A stretch of 24,000 nucleotides of DNA, from contig JAFEMX010000006.1 in the NCBI GenBank assembly GCA_016892645.1, positions 19,600-43,599 on the forward strand, read 5' to 3'. The translations under genes and the position numbers were made by a program. How positions within the stretch are numbered: the first letter of the stretch is position 1; each line of letters starts with the position of its first letter. Positions 23,937 through 24,000 of the stretch are shown here, piece after piece. The notes beneath the pieces are model-generated. The model was given only the letters and a program-made list of their open reading frames with translations, was not told the origin of the DNA and ran no database searches. This stretch comes from Micrococcaceae bacterium RIT 802. Its GTDB lineage: Bacteria > Actinomycetota > Actinomycetes > Actinomycetales > Micrococcaceae.

Positions 23937-24000
23937 ATGTTTCGAGCACGGGTCCACAGCCTGAACATCTCACTCGACGGCTATGCCGCCGGCGGCCACG
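23937..24000 (+). CDS. Probable dihydrofolate reductase-like (RibD C-terminal domain) family protein, 5' end only
   Basis: The ATG at 23937 is preceded by AAGGAG. The 21 visible residues (MFRARVHSLNISLDGYAAGGH) resemble the N-terminus of this family. The gene runs off the window. Confidence 0.4.
   Translation, partial: MFRARVHSLNISLDGYAAGGH

Noticed and set aside
1-24000. tRNA, rRNA, CRISPR arrays or long tandem DNA repeats
   Set aside because: I saw no T-loop-type GGTTCGAATCC motif, no regularly spaced direct repeats with spacers, and no rRNA-like segments. The only periodic signal is the protein-level 114-nt repeat inside the RCC1-like gene.

Overview
High-GC actinobacterial chromosome segment; the gene content and synteny look Micrococcales/Corynebacteriales-like, but the taxon is not provable from this window. 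It has three parts.

(1) 1-7.5 kb: small-molecule and housekeeping genes. These are a SAM methyltransferase (partial), a DUF1801 protein, an MDR quinone oxidoreductase, thymidine kinase translationally coupled to an arylamine N-acetyltransferase, a RibD-C reductase plus flavin reductase pair, an NTF2-like protein, a small membrane protein, a PlsC-type acyltransferase, one intact GNAT, and one GNAT broken by an in-frame TAG.

(2) 7.5-17.75 kb: a mosaic region with visibly lower GC toward its right half. It holds a 7-blade RCC1-like repeat protein, a WYL regulator divergent from a VOC gene, the conserved actinobacterial trio (MSMEG_4193-type phosphomutase, DUF3090, SCO1664 family), gene fragments, and three unrelated toxin-antitoxin pairs (PIN/Phd-type, YoeB/YefM, HepT/HTH-MntA). 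It also holds a DUF4177 gene and an orphan hypothetical gene.

(3) 17.75-24 kb: a conserved core block of ychF, rmuC, ispH, a membrane protein, xseA, xseB and the start of a DHFR-family gene.

The most interesting signal is that the last 27 nt of ychF (VVEFRFNV-stop), joined to a ~20-nt arm that is not ychF, recurs at least five more times. All copies have the same orientation and lie across the 10 kb downstream of ychF, bracketing the TA modules and other cassettes. Two copies encode the identical octapeptide through synonymous codons only. I read this as serial site-specific insertion into the 3' end of ychF, with each element supplying a replacement gene end. No recombinase gene lies in the window. 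No tRNA, rRNA, CRISPR array or transposase was found. Many long ORFs in the supplied track are GC-driven antisense or out-of-frame artefacts and were not called.
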